DNA of 64,000 bases, taken from contig CAWBDK010000005.1 in the NCBI GenBank assembly GCA_963787525.1, positions 1,891,331 to 1,955,330 on the forward strand. Direction: 5' to 3'. Below, one piece after another: positions 29,873 to 40,086 of the stretch. The position numbers and the translations under genes are program-made. The notes beneath the pieces were generated by a model that had not been told where the DNA came from, did not search any database, and saw only the letters and a program-made list of their open reading frames with translations. How positions within the stretch are numbered: position 1 is the first letter of the stretch; each line of letters opens with the position of its first letter. The stretch is from an uncultured Acidimicrobiaceae bacterium (GTDB taxonomy: Bacteria > Actinomycetota > Acidimicrobiia > Acidimicrobiales > RAAP-2).

Positions 29873-31269
29873 CAGGCGGCCAGCGGGAGGTCGACGGTGA
29901 CGACGGTGGGGCCGCCCGGCGGGCTGACGAGGTGCAACCGCCCGTCCACCGCATGCACCCGATCGGTGAGACCGGTGAGGCCGCTGGAGGTGGAGCCGAC
30001 CCGGGAGAGCGCGGCGGCGCCGCGCCCGTCGTCGCGCACGACGAGACGGAGCCAGGTGCCCTGCTGCGCGCACGAGACCGACGCCCGCGAGGCCTGCGCG
30101 TGCTGGGCCACGTTGGCCAGCAGCTCGGCCACGCAGAAGTAGGCGATGGCCTCGATGGCCGGGGTCGGCCGGGTGCGCAGGTCGAAGGAGATCTCGGTGG
30201 GGACGGCGCTGCGGGCGGCGAGGGTGGTGAGCGCCCCCTCCAGTCCGATGTCGAGCGCGGGCGGGTGGATGCCCCGGGCGATGTCGCGCAGCTCGGCGAT
30301 GGCCTCCTTGGCGCCCCGGTGGGCCTCCTCGACGAGTTGGCGCACCCGGTCGAGGTCGACGGGTTCCGCGTCCTCGAGCTTCTCCTTGGCCATGCCCAGG
30401 CGCATGGCCAGCGCCACCAGCTGCGCCTGGGTGCCGTCGTGCAGGTCGCGCTCGATACGGCGCAGCGTGGCCGCAGAGGCGTCGACGGTCTGGGTCCGCG
30501 TCTGCTCGAGCGTGCGGACCCGGGTGGCCATGGGGTCGGGCCCGAGCAGGTTGCGGACGAGCAGGCGGTCGACGTTGACGAAGCCACGCGTCACCCAGGG
30601 CGCCGCGCAGAGGAAGACGCCGCCGAGGATGAAGATCGCCACCTCGTGCAGGAACCCCGTCGGCTGGAACCAGAACGTGTTGTTCGGGAAGATGACGCGG
30701 GCGAGCCCCCAGACCGGGGGACCGCCGCCGCCCCGGCCGAAGAGCGGTTGGACGAGGCAGGTGAAGGCGTCCCACCACAGGCTGACGGCCACGAGCACGC
30801 CGAGGACCGTCCAGGGCACCTTGATGGCGAGGTAGGCGACGGCACGCCAGCCCACCCGGTCGCGCAGCGAGGACTGCAGCCACCCGAGAAAGCCGTGCCG
30901 GCCCACGAAGGGCTCGGGATCCTCGACGACCTCGCCGAGCATGGCGCGGGCGAGGCCGCGGTTCCAGCCGCCGATGCCGCGGGCGCTCCGGATGGAGAGG
31001 GCCAGGACGGCCAGGCCGAAGAAGGTGATCGCCAGCACCACACCGGCCACCATGGTGATGCCGACGAAGGCCAGGCCGAGCGCGGCCACACCGCCCGACA
31101 CGAGGAAGAAGGCCAGCTCGGTCCAGGGCTGCTTGGTGAAGGGCTCGCGCACGATGCGCCGCACCCAGACCTTGGTGGCCTCCACCTGTTCCTGGCTCAC
31201 GGCGAGCACCATCTCCCGGCTCCCCAGGCGGACGCGCACCTCGCTGTCCTCTGCCTGCTCCACCATCAT
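29872..31269 (-). CDS. sensor histidine kinase (HisKA_3/NarX-type with N-terminal membrane sensor domain)
   Basis: Intact. Multiple TM segments are followed by RRIERDLHDGTQAQLVALAMRL (H-box)...AIAELRDIARGIHPPAL...EAIAYFCVAELLANVAQHA...VVRDDGRGAA...GLTGLTDRVHAVDGRLHLVSPPGGPT. Confidence 0.9.
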   Translation of the reverse strand: MMVEQAEDSEVRVRLGSREMVLAVSQEQVEATKVWVRRIVREPFTKQPWTELAFFLVSGGVAALGLAFVGITMVAGVVLAITFFGLAVLALSIRSARGIGGWNRGLARAMLGEVVEDPEPFVGRHGFLGWLQSSLRDRVGWRAVAYLAIKVPWTVLGVLVAVSLWWDAFTCLVQPLFGRGGGGPPVWGLARVIFPNNTFWFQPTGFLHEVAIFILGGVFLCAAPWVTRGFVNVDRLLVRNLLGPDPMATRVRTLEQTRTQTVDASAATLRRIERDLHDGTQAQLVALAMRLGMAKEKLEDAEPVDLDRVRQLVEEAHRGAKEAIAELRDIARGIHPPALDIGLEGALTTLAARSAVPTEISFDLRTRPTPAIEAIAYFCVAELLANVAQHAQASRASVSCAQQGTWLRLVVRDDGRGAAALSRVGSTSSGLTGLTDRVHAVDGRLHLVSPPGGPTVVTVDLPLAA

Positions 31270-32060
31270 GCGTCCCGCCTGGCCAACAGCGCGCCGCCGA
31301 CGGCCAGCGCCACCGCGGCGTAGAGGGCCATCAGAGAGAAGGCGGCCGCGGGGGACAGCGCGCCGGAGACGGGCACGACGGCGGCCACGGAGTTGCCGAG
31401 CAGCATCACGGGCATGAACCGGCTCGGGTCCCCGGCCACGTTGTGCAGGAGGAGCGGGAGCAGCAGGGTGCATCCCACGAAAGTCGCGATAGCGCCCGCA
31501 CTGTGGCGGATGATCGCGCCGATCCCGATGCCGAACAAGGCGAGGAGGCCCAAGAACACGCCGGATTCGACGAGGGCGCGTAGGACGCCGGGGTCGCCGA
31601 GCGTGGCGGTGGGGGCGGCGCCGGAGAGGACGGCCTGGCCCACGAAGAACGACAGGAAGCTCAGGATGAGACCGAGCCCGAGGGCGAAGCAGCCCATGAC
31701 GAGCGCCTTGGCGCCGTAGAACACCGGGCGCCGTGGCGTCGCCGCCAGCGACGAGCGGATGGTGCCGCTGCCGTACTCGCCGGTCATGCTGAGCACGCTC
31801 AGGATGCCGATCACGAGCGAGGCCAGCGCGAAACCGGCGAGTGCGGCGTTGGTCGGATCGAAGCCGCGGTAGAAGTCTTGTGACTGGTGACGCGCGCCGT
31901 TGGTGGAGAGGAAGCTGACGAGCACGGTGCCCAAGAACGCGATGAGGACGGCCCACTTCGTCGAACGCAGGGTGACGAGCTTGGCCCACTCGGCCCCGAC
32001 GGCCTGTCGGAGCCCGGCCCGGCGCTGAGGCAGCACGAATGTGGTGGTAGCGAGGGTCAT
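31266..32060 (-). CDS. ABC-2-type exporter permease
   Basis: Intact 264 aa, six hydrophobic segments, AEWAKLVTLRSTKWAVLIAF...MTGEYGSGTIRSSLAATPRR motif typical of ABC-2 permeases. Confidence 0.8.
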   Translation of the reverse strand: MTLATTTFVLPQRRAGLRQAVGAEWAKLVTLRSTKWAVLIAFLGTVLVSFLSTNGARHQSQDFYRGFDPTNAALAGFALASLVIGILSVLSMTGEYGSGTIRSSLAATPRRPVFYGAKALVMGCFALGLGLILSFLSFFVGQAVLSGAAPTATLGDPGVLRALVESGVFLGLLALFGIGIGAIIRHSAGAIATFVGCTLLLPLLLHNVAGDPSRFMPVMLLGNSVAAVVPVSGALSPAAAFSLMALYAAVALAVGGALLARRDA

Positions 32061-32088
32061 GGCGTGTCCTTTGCGTGGGGGGAACCGG

Positions 32089-33034
32089 TCAGTGGGAGGG
32101 AACGGGGGAGGACGCCGGCACGAGCTCGCGGTCGGAGGAGCCGTACTCGACGCTGTCGCCGGTGAGCTCCATGAAGGCGTCCTCGAGGGAGGCCCGCACG
32201 GGTGTCAGCTCGTGGACGGTCAGCGACGTCCGCGCCGCCAGCTCGCCGACGTCGGCCGAGCGCATCCCGGTGACGACGATCGATCCGTCGTCGCACACCG
32301 CCGGGCGGCCGCCGGCCCGTCGACAGCGCGCTCACGAAGCGCTGCGGGGTCGGCGTGACGACGCGGACGGAGTCGCCCCGACTTCGCGCGGTGAACTCGT
32401 CCACGCTCGTCTCGGCGATCAGGGTGCCGCGGCCGATGACCACCAGGCGCTCCGCCGTGAGCGCCATCTCGTTGATCAGGTGGCTCGACACCAGCACGGT
32501 GCGCCCTTCGGCGGCGAGCCCGCGCAGCAGGTGGCGGACCCAGCGGATGCCCTCGGGGTCGAGGCCGTTCACGGGCTCGTCGAAGAGAAGGACGCCGGGG
32601 TCGCCGAGGAGTGCGCTGGCGATGCCGAGCCGCTGTCCCATGCCGAGCGAGAACTTCCCGGCGCGGCGGTCGGCCACCTTGGTCAGCCCGACGAGGTCGA
32701 GCACATCGTCGACGCGCCGCTCGGGGATGCCGTTCGTCTTGGCCAGGCAGCGCAGGTGGTTGCGGGCGCTGCGCCCCGGGTGGAACGCCTTCGCGTCGAG
32801 CAGCGCTCCCACCTCGCGCAGCGGCCAGCGCAACGTGGCGTAGGCGGTGCCGTTCACCGTGGCGGATCCCGCGTCGGGCACGTCGAGGCCGAGGATCATG
32901 CGCAGGGTGGTCGACTTGCCCGACCCGTTCGGTCCGAGGAAACCGGTGACCACGCCGGGGGTGACGCTGAAGCTGAGGCTGTCGACCGCCACGGTCTTCC
33001 CGTAGCGCTTCGTCAGTGCGTGGGTGACGATCAT
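32089..33034 (-). CDS. ABC transporter ATP-binding protein (ABC-2/DrrA-like), frameshift near 32300
   Basis: GFLGPNGSGKSTTLRMI (Walker A), FSLGMGQRLGIA (signature), LLFDEPVNGLD (Walker B), VLVSSHL. The C-terminal domain continues in another frame: DDGSIVVTGMRSADVGELAARTSLTVHELTPVRASLEDAFMELT. Confidence 0.88.
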
Positions 33035-33172
33035 GGGGGTGGCTCCTTCCGGCCGGCACGGCTCCGGGCCGTCTGTCCTCCCAGCATGAAGCGGCGTCCG
33101 CGTCGTGGGAATGCCGCTACCGGGCGTCCGGTACTGGTGCCAGCCCCCCTTTCGGGAACGTCGTGCCCGCCG

Positions 33173-34924
33173 TCAGCCTCCCGACGCGGCCGTCGGCGAT
33201 CCGGGCCACGGCGGGTAGGAGGGCGCCCGGTCGGGCGCCGTCGCGTAGCTGGTGACCGACCCCGGTAGGGAGAACATCGGGACCGGGCCGGCGGGTACGA
33301 CGCCCGCCTTGTAGCGCGCCCCACCGTTGACGTAGCGCATCAGGCCGCTGGCGACCACGCCTTCCTCGTCGGGGCCCTTGGCGGTGGCGTCGTACCACAA
33401 GAAGGTGTAGTCGGCGGGCGACGAGTAGGTGGGCAAGGGTGCCGCGCCCTGGTAGCCGAAGGCGTAGAGGGGCGACGTCGGCCCCCCGCCGGCCGGTGGC
33501 GCGCGGAACAGGCCCGTCGTGAACGTCGAGGGTGTGAGATCGGGTCCGGCCAGCTGGACGCCCTCGAAGAACTGCTCATAGGGCGGGACGAGCGCCGGCG
33601 CCGCCAGGGAGGCCGGCGAGGTGTTGGGCCCGTACCACCAGCGATAGAGCCGGTCGGCATCGTCCGCGCCGACGGGCACCGGCACGCCGAGGCTGGTGAC
33701 GCCGAAGGCGTGCGACCACTCGCTCTGGTCGTAGTAGCGCCCGAGGGTGGACGTGTCGGTCAGGACGATCCCCGTGATGATCCACTCGGGGAAGTACCCG
33801 ATGGTGGCGCAGGCCTTGGTGAGGTAGATCGGCATGATGGGGTCACCGGCGAAGATCACGCTGGTCGCACCGGACGCCTTGAGTTTCTCGGCGATCGTCG
33901 CCGCCTGGGTCGGCAGCGTGGTGAGGTCGAGCGTGTACGAGAGCGAGGTCGGCGACGCCATGTTGGCGTGGCCGGCCCGCAATTTCTTGGCGACCGACGC
34001 CGTCAGCTCGGCGCTGCCCGGAGCGGGTGGCTCGGACGTCTCGCTGACGACGATGAAGGTGCGCTTGCGGGTGTGCATAGAGGCGTCACCGGCCCAGATG
34101 GCCGGTTTGCCGTTGAGCTTGGCGATGACGTAGTCGACCGTCTCGTAGAGCGACGTGTCGGCCGTCGGCAGGTTGGCCCATTGGTAGGGGGCGTTGAGCT
34201 TGATCTCGCCGTAGGTGGAGGAATCGCCGCACCCCATGCAGAACACGTGCAGGCGGGCCAACTCCTCCTCGTAGGCGTTCGTCTGGGCCGGTCCCCCGAC
34301 GGAGGCGAACGCGTGGAGCTGCTGGGCCACCGTGACGGCGTCGGCGTGGGCGGCCACCGGGTCGGTCGCCGCGCCGGTGGCGTTGAAGACGATGAGGTTG
34401 ATGTGCCGCCCGTAGAGCTCGTAGACGTGGTTGAACATCGCCACAAAGTTCTGCACGCTGGCAAGCGACTCGGCCGGGGTGCCCGCCGCACTCGAGACGG
34501 CCGCGGTCAGCCCCCCCGGCTGGGCCTGGTAGTAGACGAGGTTGACGGTGCTCCCCGTCACCCCCGGGGAGGTTGCGCCGCCGTTCTTGTCGCCGCTGAC
34601 GACGGGCACGCAGGGCGGGGCGTAGACGCTCGGCATCTTGAGCCGCCCCGTCTTGTGGTCGCACTCGGGTCCCCAGTTGTAGTCGGCCGTCTTCCCCAGC
34701 TTGGCGGCGGCCGCATAGGTGATCGGCACGGTCGTGCGCGCGATCTGCTGCGAGCTGCCGGCGCTCGGCGGGGTGGAGGACGTGGTGGCGTTGTTCTCGT
34801 GCACCGTGGCCGAGATCCCGGCCGCCACGAGTGCGGCCACGATGAGGATGACCGGACCCGCTATCCGCAGCCGGCTCACCCGCGGCCAGGGCCGCTCGGA
34901 CCGTTGCGGATCCGGATCGTTCAT
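33173..34924 (-). CDS. large (583 aa) membrane-anchored ABC substrate-binding protein (Peripla_BP_6/LivK-like)
   Basis: Intact. An N-terminal TM anchor LRIAGPVILIVAALVAAGISA and a Ser/Thr linker are followed by a type-I periplasmic binding fold-like sequence. It is the last gene of the Liv-type operon, and its start overlaps the upstream stop. Confidence 0.7.
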   Translation of the reverse strand: MNDPDPQRSERPWPRVSRLRIAGPVILIVAALVAAGISATVHENNATTSSTPPSAGSSQQIARTTVPITYAAAAKLGKTADYNWGPECDHKTGRLKMPSVYAPPCVPVVSGDKNGGATSPGVTGSTVNLVYYQAQPGGLTAAVSSAAGTPAESLASVQNFVAMFNHVYELYGRHINLIVFNATGAATDPVAAHADAVTVAQQLHAFASVGGPAQTNAYEEELARLHVFCMGCGDSSTYGEIKLNAPYQWANLPTADTSLYETVDYVIAKLNGKPAIWAGDASMHTRKRTFIVVSETSEPPAPGSAELTASVAKKLRAGHANMASPTSLSYTLDLTTLPTQAATIAEKLKASGATSVIFAGDPIMPIYLTKACATIGYFPEWIITGIVLTDTSTLGRYYDQSEWSHAFGVTSLGVPVPVGADDADRLYRWWYGPNTSPASLAAPALVPPYEQFFEGVQLAGPDLTPSTFTTGLFRAPPAGGGPTSPLYAFGYQGAAPLPTYSSPADYTFLWYDATAKGPDEEGVVASGLMRYVNGGARYKAGVVPAGPVPMFSLPGSVTSYATAPDRAPSYPPWPGSPTAASGG

Positions 34925-37899
34925 ACGGGGTCCACCTCCGTGGTCGTGGCTGTCGCGGTGGCGGCCGGACCCGATCGCGACAGCGCCAGCGGGTCGGAGC
35001 CGAGGAACGCCTCGCCGACTTCCGGCGACTCGAGCACGTCCCGCGGGGTCCCGCTCGTGAGCACGGCGCCGCGATCCATCGCCACCAGGCGGTCGGCCAG
35101 TTCGGCGATGAAGGCGATGTCGTGCTCCACGACGAGCAGCGTGGCGTCGAGCCGGTCCCGGACGTTGCGCAGCAGCCCGACCATGGCCTCGACCTCGCGC
35201 TGGGCGACGCCCGAGGACGGCTCGTCGAGGAGGACGACGGCCGGCTGGTGGGCCACCACGGCGGCCAGGTCGACCAGGCGGCGGGAGCCGGTCGACAGCT
35301 CGCTCACCAGGTTGTCGGCGTAGAGGTCGAGACCGAACATCTCGAGCAGCTCGTCCACCCGCCGCATGACGGCTGCCTCGGTCCGCACCTGGGCCGGAAG
35401 GCGCAGGATCGCGTTGAAGGGGTCGCTCACGTCGGTGAAGCGCTCCAGCGAGACGGCCAGTGCGTCGCGGACGGTCAACCCGGAGAACAGGCGCGAGTCC
35501 TGGAAGGAGCGGCCCAGGCCGAGCCGGGCGCGGGCCGACGCGGTGCGGTTGGTGACGTCGACGCCGGCGAGCTCGACCCGTCCCGCGTCGGGAGCGAGGA
35601 ATCCGGAGATGACGTCGAACAGCGTGGTCTTGCCGGCGCCGTTGGGCCCGATGATCCCGACGATCTCACCGTGGTCCGCGTGGAGTGACACGTCGTCGAG
35701 GGCGGCGTTTCCTCCGAACTGGACCGAGATCCCCCTGACCTCCAGCTCGGAACCGCCGGCGCGCGCCGTGCCGGCGGCGAGGGCCTGGGTCCCGATCGAC
35801 TCCGAGGCCTTCTGGAGGTAGACGGACCACAGGAGTTCGGGATGCGCCGCCAGCTCCTCGGCCGTGCCCGAGAAGCGCACGGCCCCGGTCTCCATCACGT
35901 AGACGCGGTCGGCCACCGCCACCGCCACGTTCATCGACTGCTCGACCAGCAGGATGGCCGTCCCGGCCTGGCGCATCGACTCAATGGCGCGGAGCAGCTG
36001 CTCGACCACGATGGGTGACAGCCCGAGCGAGAGCTCGTCGATCAGGAACAGCTTGGGGCGGGTGATGGTCGCCATGGCGAGCGCCAGCATCTGTTGCTGG
36101 CCGCCGGAGAGGTTGGCGGCCCGTTCACCGCGGCGCGAGACCAGGGTGGGGAACGCGGTCAGTGCCTCGTCGATCATGTCGGCGTCGTGCTCGCCGCGCC
36201 GGCGGCCCTGCCAGGCCGCGACGCGCAGGTTGTCCTCGACGCGCAGGTTGGGGAAGATGCCCTCGCCGCCCGGCACCTGGGCCACGCCGAGCCGGGCGAT
36301 CTCGTCCGGTGGCAGGTGCGTGATGTCGCGCCCGTCGAAGACGATGGCACCGTGATCGGCCTCGACCACCCCGCCGATGGCGCGCAGCAGGGTCGACTTG
36401 CCGGCCCCGTTGGTGCCGACGAGGGCGACGATCTCGCCTTCGCCGACTTCGATCTCCACGTCACCGAGCACCTCGACGCCGTCGTAGGAGACGCTGAGCC
36501 CGCGCACGGCGAGGAGCGGGAGCTGGCCGGCCTGGCGGTCGATCAGCATCTGGGCCCGGGTGCGCATGGAGGTCCACACGTTCTGGACGTCGCGCTCAAT
36601 GAGGCTGCCGGCGCTGGCCACGATCAGCCCACCGATGGTGAAGATGGGGACCAGGATCAGAAGTCCGTAGCGGAACCCGACCGCGTCGCCGAGCGCGCCG
36701 ACGCTCGGGAGCACGAGGAACCCCGGCAGGATGAACAGCGCCCCGATGGAGAACCCCACCGAGCGCACCCGGGCCGGGATGGCCAGGGAGAGGGAGGCCA
36801 GGACGCCCGGTCCGACGATGGCCAGCGAGGCGTCGATGCCGGCGTTGCCGACGAAGGCCAGCGGGACGTTCGGGGCCAGCGCGAAGAGGACGGCGAAGGC
36901 CGCCGCGACGACCGATGCCACGGCGAGCATGCGGAAGACGAGCCCGATGTCACGCCGGGCGAGGCGGGTGGCAATGACGGCGCCCACGGCGAGGCCCAGC
37001 AGGTCGAAGACCTGAATGGGCGCGATGAGGTAGGCGCGCTGCACCGCGTCGAGGTGGAACGTCTCTTGGTACTGCAGCGAGGCCAGCGAGGTGAAGCCGG
37101 CGATGGCGGCGGCCAGGAACGGCAGGGCGATGAAGATGCGGCGCAGCACGCCGATCTTCCAGACCGTCCGCCAGGCCTCGCCGAGCGACGGCGGGGCCTC
37201 GACAGGGACGTCGACCGCGACCGTCGCCGGGGCGGGTTCCGCGACGTCGGCCAGCGGCACCGGCTCGCCCCGCTCGGAGGCCAGCATCTGCTCGCTCAGT
37301 TCGAGCTGCTCGTGCCGGCCCCGACTGGGCTCGCGCAGGCGCACGCCGATGATGACGACGACCACGATGGGCACGGCGAAGAAGAAGAAGGGGGCGCGCC
37401 ACGACCAGATCGACGCCAGCCCGGCGCCGAGCAGGACCCCGACGATGGCGCCGATGCTGATGCCGGAGCGGTGGGCCGAGTAGATGCGGGGCCGGGCCGG
37501 GACCGGGTAGTAGTCCGCCAGCAGCGAGTTGTGGGTGGGGAAGATCACGGCCTGCCCCATGGAGACGCCGACCAGCATGATGGTGGCCACCACGACGCCC
37601 TGCGCGACGCCGAGGCCGATGGAGAAGGCGGCGCCGACCAGGGCGCCGATGAGGGCGATGCGCACCCGGTTGGTGCGGTCGGCCAGGACCGCGATGGGGA
37701 GGGTGCAGGCCAACGCGGCGGCACCGGCGATGGCGACGATCAAGAGGATGCCGGCGTTGGTCAGGTGGAAGGCGTCGCGGATGTTCGGCGTGAGCACGTT
37801 GAAGGCGCTCTGCGTGGCCTGGTCGAGCAGCTCGATCGAAAAGAGCACGCCGAGGGGGAACAAGGAGGCGCCGGCGCCGAGTTTGGCCAGGCGGCTCAT
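34921..37899 (-). CDS. tripartite fusion protein: MFS-like 12-TMS domain + LivF-like ABC ATPase + LivG-like ABC ATPase (992 aa, uninterrupted)
   Basis: One frame with no stop. Residues 1-435 are MFS-like (LADRTNRVRIALIGALVG..., 12 hydrophobic segments). Residues 462-697 carry GTNGAGKSTLL, LSGGQQQMLALA and LFLIDELSLGLSP. Residues 718-992 carry GPNGAGKTTLF, LSTGSRRLVDLA and VLLDEPSSGV. The ATG overlaps the livHM stop (ATGA). Confidence 0.8.
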   Translation of the reverse strand: MSRLAKLGAGASLFPLGVLFSIELLDQATQSAFNVLTPNIRDAFHLTNAGILLIVAIAGAAALACTLPIAVLADRTNRVRIALIGALVGAAFSIGLGVAQGVVVATIMLVGVSMGQAVIFPTHNSLLADYYPVPARPRIYSAHRSGISIGAIVGVLLGAGLASIWSWRAPFFFFAVPIVVVVIIGVRLREPSRGRHEQLELSEQMLASERGEPVPLADVAEPAPATVAVDVPVEAPPSLGEAWRTVWKIGVLRRIFIALPFLAAAIAGFTSLASLQYQETFHLDAVQRAYLIAPIQVFDLLGLAVGAVIATRLARRDIGLVFRMLAVASVVAAAFAVLFALAPNVPLAFVGNAGIDASLAIVGPGVLASLSLAIPARVRSVGFSIGALFILPGFLVLPSVGALGDAVGFRYGLLILVPIFTIGGLIVASAGSLIERDVQNVWTSMRTRAQMLIDRQAGQLPLLAVRGLSVSYDGVEVLGDVEIEVGEGEIVALVGTNGAGKSTLLRAIGGVVEADHGAIVFDGRDITHLPPDEIARLGVAQVPGGEGIFPNLRVEDNLRVAAWQGRRRGEHDADMIDEALTAFPTLVSRRGERAANLSGGQQQMLALAMATITRPKLFLIDELSLGLSPIVVEQLLRAIESMRQAGTAILLVEQSMNVAVAVADRVYVMETGAVRFSGTAEELAAHPELLWSVYLQKASESIGTQALAAGTARAGGSELEVRGISVQFGGNAALDDVSLHADHGEIVGIIGPNGAGKTTLFDVISGFLAPDAGRVELAGVDVTNRTASARARLGLGRSFQDSRLFSGLTVRDALAVSLERFTDVSDPFNAILRLPAQVRTEAAVMRRVDELLEMFGLDLYADNLVSELSTGSRRLVDLAAVVAHQPAVVLLDEPSSGVAQREVEAMVGLLRNVRDRLDATLLVVEHDIAFIAELADRLVAMDRGAVLTSGTPRDVLESPEVGEAFLGSDPLALSRSGPAATATATTTEVDPV

Positions 37900-39899
37900 G
37901 GCACCAGCGCCGGCTCGACGGAGCCGGGGGCGCCCGGCGCGGCGGCCCGGTGGCGCCGGGCCAGCCCGTCGAGGGCCCAGTCGCGCACGTCGTAACAGAG
38001 GCCGGCCAGCCCGCGGGGGAAGAGGATGAGGACGAGCAGCACACCGAGGGCGGAGGGGAAGAGCTGCCAGCTGGGCGGCAGGTAGATGGTGCTGCCCTCC
38101 ACGATGGCGGCACCGAGGATGGCACCGAAGGCCGACCCCAACCCACCGACGGCCGTCGAGGTGAACACGACGAGGCTGACCGGCACCAGGAAGGACGTCT
38201 CCTCGTACTGCTGGTTCACCACGATGAGGAGGCAACCGGCGAGCCCGGCGATGAAGCCCGAGATGGCGAAGGCGGTCAGCTTCGCCCACACCACACGGAC
38301 GCCGTACCCCGAGGCCGCCCGCTGGTTCGCCGGCAGCGCGCGCAGCACGCGTCCGGTGCGGCTGTGGCGCAGGCCGTGCAGGGCGACGAGCACGAGCACC
38401 AGCACGCCCAGGCACAGTTCGAAGACCGAGGTCTGCGACGTCATGGAGACCCCGAAGAGGTAGGGGACCCCGATCTGGCTCTGCGGGATCCACGAGAATT
38501 CCTCGCGGACGAGCAGATAGCCCGAGGCGGCCAGGCTGAAGGCCAGCGTCGTGACGGCGGCGAACATGCCGTCGAGGCGCAGGGTCGGGATGCCCACCGC
38601 GACGGCCACGACCGCCGCCGCCGCGCCGGCCACCAGGAGGGCCAGGCTCAGGTCCCAGTGCCAGTCCAACAGGGCCACCGCGCTGACGGTGGCGCCCACG
38701 GCCGCGAAGGACATCTGGCCCAGGCTGACTTGGCCCGACCATCCCGTGAGGACGACCACGGAGCAGCCGACGATGGCCAGCACGATGAGCGAGGAGGCCC
38801 GGATGACCTCGCCGGGTCCCATCCACAGCGGCAGCGTGCAGACGGCGGCGAAGGCGATGAGCGCGCCGACCGGGGTCCCGACCCGGACCTCGGTGAGATC
38901 GCGCAACGAGGTGGGCAGGTCGCGCACGCTGCCGGCCAGTGTGAGGGCCGTCTCGGCCTCGCGGTCGGTGCGGTTGGCCAACAGCTGGCGCACGACGATG
39001 GCCCCGAACACGACGGCGGCCAGCACGGCCAGCCCGAGCGCGGGATTGGTCGGGTCGTCCCACGCCACCCCCTGCTCGAGGACGCCCAGCGCCACCGCGG
39101 AGGCGGCGATGGTGGGCAGCTCGGTGAAATTGCCCAGGGCCAGTGCGGCCAGGGCCGTGACCAGCGCGGTCAGCCCGTAGGTTGGATCGAGGGGCAGGCC
39201 CAGGATCGTCGCCTGGAAGAAGATGCTGACGAAGGACAGGACACCGGCGACCACCCAGGTGACCGACTGCAGGCGACCGACCGGGATGCCGAGCATGGAA
39301 GCGCGGTCGCGCCGGTCGCCCACGGCCTGCACGGCGATGCCGATGTCGCTGCGGGTGAACCAGATGGAGACGGCGGCCAGGCAGACCACGGAGACGATGA
39401 CCGCCACCAGGTCGTTGGCGTTGAAGACGACGGGCCCGATGTGCCAGGTGAACTGCCAGGGGAAGCTCACCACGGCGCTGCCGATGGGCGTCTGGCCCCA
39501 GATGCGGGGGATCAGGAGGCTCAGGACGACCAGGAGCTGGGAGAGCCCGATGGTCGCCACGGTCAGGATGAGGCGCGGTGAGCGCCGGAACCTGCGCACC
39601 ACGACGATCTCGACGGTCGCGGTCAGGAGGACCGAGGCCACCAGTCCGGTGGCCAGCCCGGCGAAGTAGTTGACCCCGGAGAAGGCCACCAGGCCGACGG
39701 CGAGGACCGCGGGCGCCGTGCCCAGGTCGCCCTGTGCGAAGTTGATCACCTTGTTCAGGCGGAAGGTGAGCCCGAGTCCCACCGCCATGAGAGAGCCGAG
39801 CAGGCCGAGCACGACGCCCTGGATCCACACTCCCAACGGCATCGGGAAGAGGATGAGTTGCACGGCGAGGACGGCCGCGACGGAGACGACCGCCGCCAC
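37896..39899 (-). CDS. fused LivH/LivM-type branched-chain-amino-acid ABC permease (667 aa)
   Basis: Intact. The LivH-like half reads GLGLTFRLNKVINFAQGDLGT...SDIGIAVQAVGDRRDRASMLGI. The LivM-like half reads LTGWSGQVSLGQMSFAAVGA...RTGRVLRALPANQRAASGYGV... Confidence 0.85.
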   Translation of the reverse strand: MAAVVSVAAVLAVQLILFPMPLGVWIQGVVLGLLGSLMAVGLGLTFRLNKVINFAQGDLGTAPAVLAVGLVAFSGVNYFAGLATGLVASVLLTATVEIVVVRRFRRSPRLILTVATIGLSQLLVVLSLLIPRIWGQTPIGSAVVSFPWQFTWHIGPVVFNANDLVAVIVSVVCLAAVSIWFTRSDIGIAVQAVGDRRDRASMLGIPVGRLQSVTWVVAGVLSFVSIFFQATILGLPLDPTYGLTALVTALAALALGNFTELPTIAASAVALGVLEQGVAWDDPTNPALGLAVLAAVVFGAIVVRQLLANRTDREAETALTLAGSVRDLPTSLRDLTEVRVGTPVGALIAFAAVCTLPLWMGPGEVIRASSLIVLAIVGCSVVVLTGWSGQVSLGQMSFAAVGATVSAVALLDWHWDLSLALLVAGAAAAVVAVAVGIPTLRLDGMFAAVTTLAFSLAASGYLLVREEFSWIPQSQIGVPYLFGVSMTSQTSVFELCLGVLVLVLVALHGLRHSRTGRVLRALPANQRAASGYGVRVVWAKLTAFAISGFIAGLAGCLLIVVNQQYEETSFLVPVSLVVFTSTAVGGLGSAFGAILGAAIVEGSTIYLPPSWQLFPSALGVLLVLILFPRGLAGLCYDVRDWALDGLARRHRAAAPGAPGSVEPALVP

Positions 39900-40048
39900 C
39901 GCGGTCGAGGTGCGCCCAGGCAGCCGCAGGTGGGTGTTCAGCGACTCATGCCCTTCTCATGGCGTCATGCCCCATGGCGAACCGGCCCCCCCGGGTAGCT
40001 CACTTGACTGTCGTGGTCGTGCGGGGCCTCAGGGTACTGGTCCGGCGT

Positions 40049-40086
40049 GGGTGTGCAAAGGGTTCCTTCTCCCGGGTTGCACACCC
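40049..40086. promoter_or_regulatory. perfect 10-bp inverted repeat in the divergent intergenic region between livHM and the MacB-type ABC operon
   Basis: GGGTGTGCAA (40049-40058) and TTGCACACCC (40077-40086) are separated by 18 nt. Confidence 0.3.
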
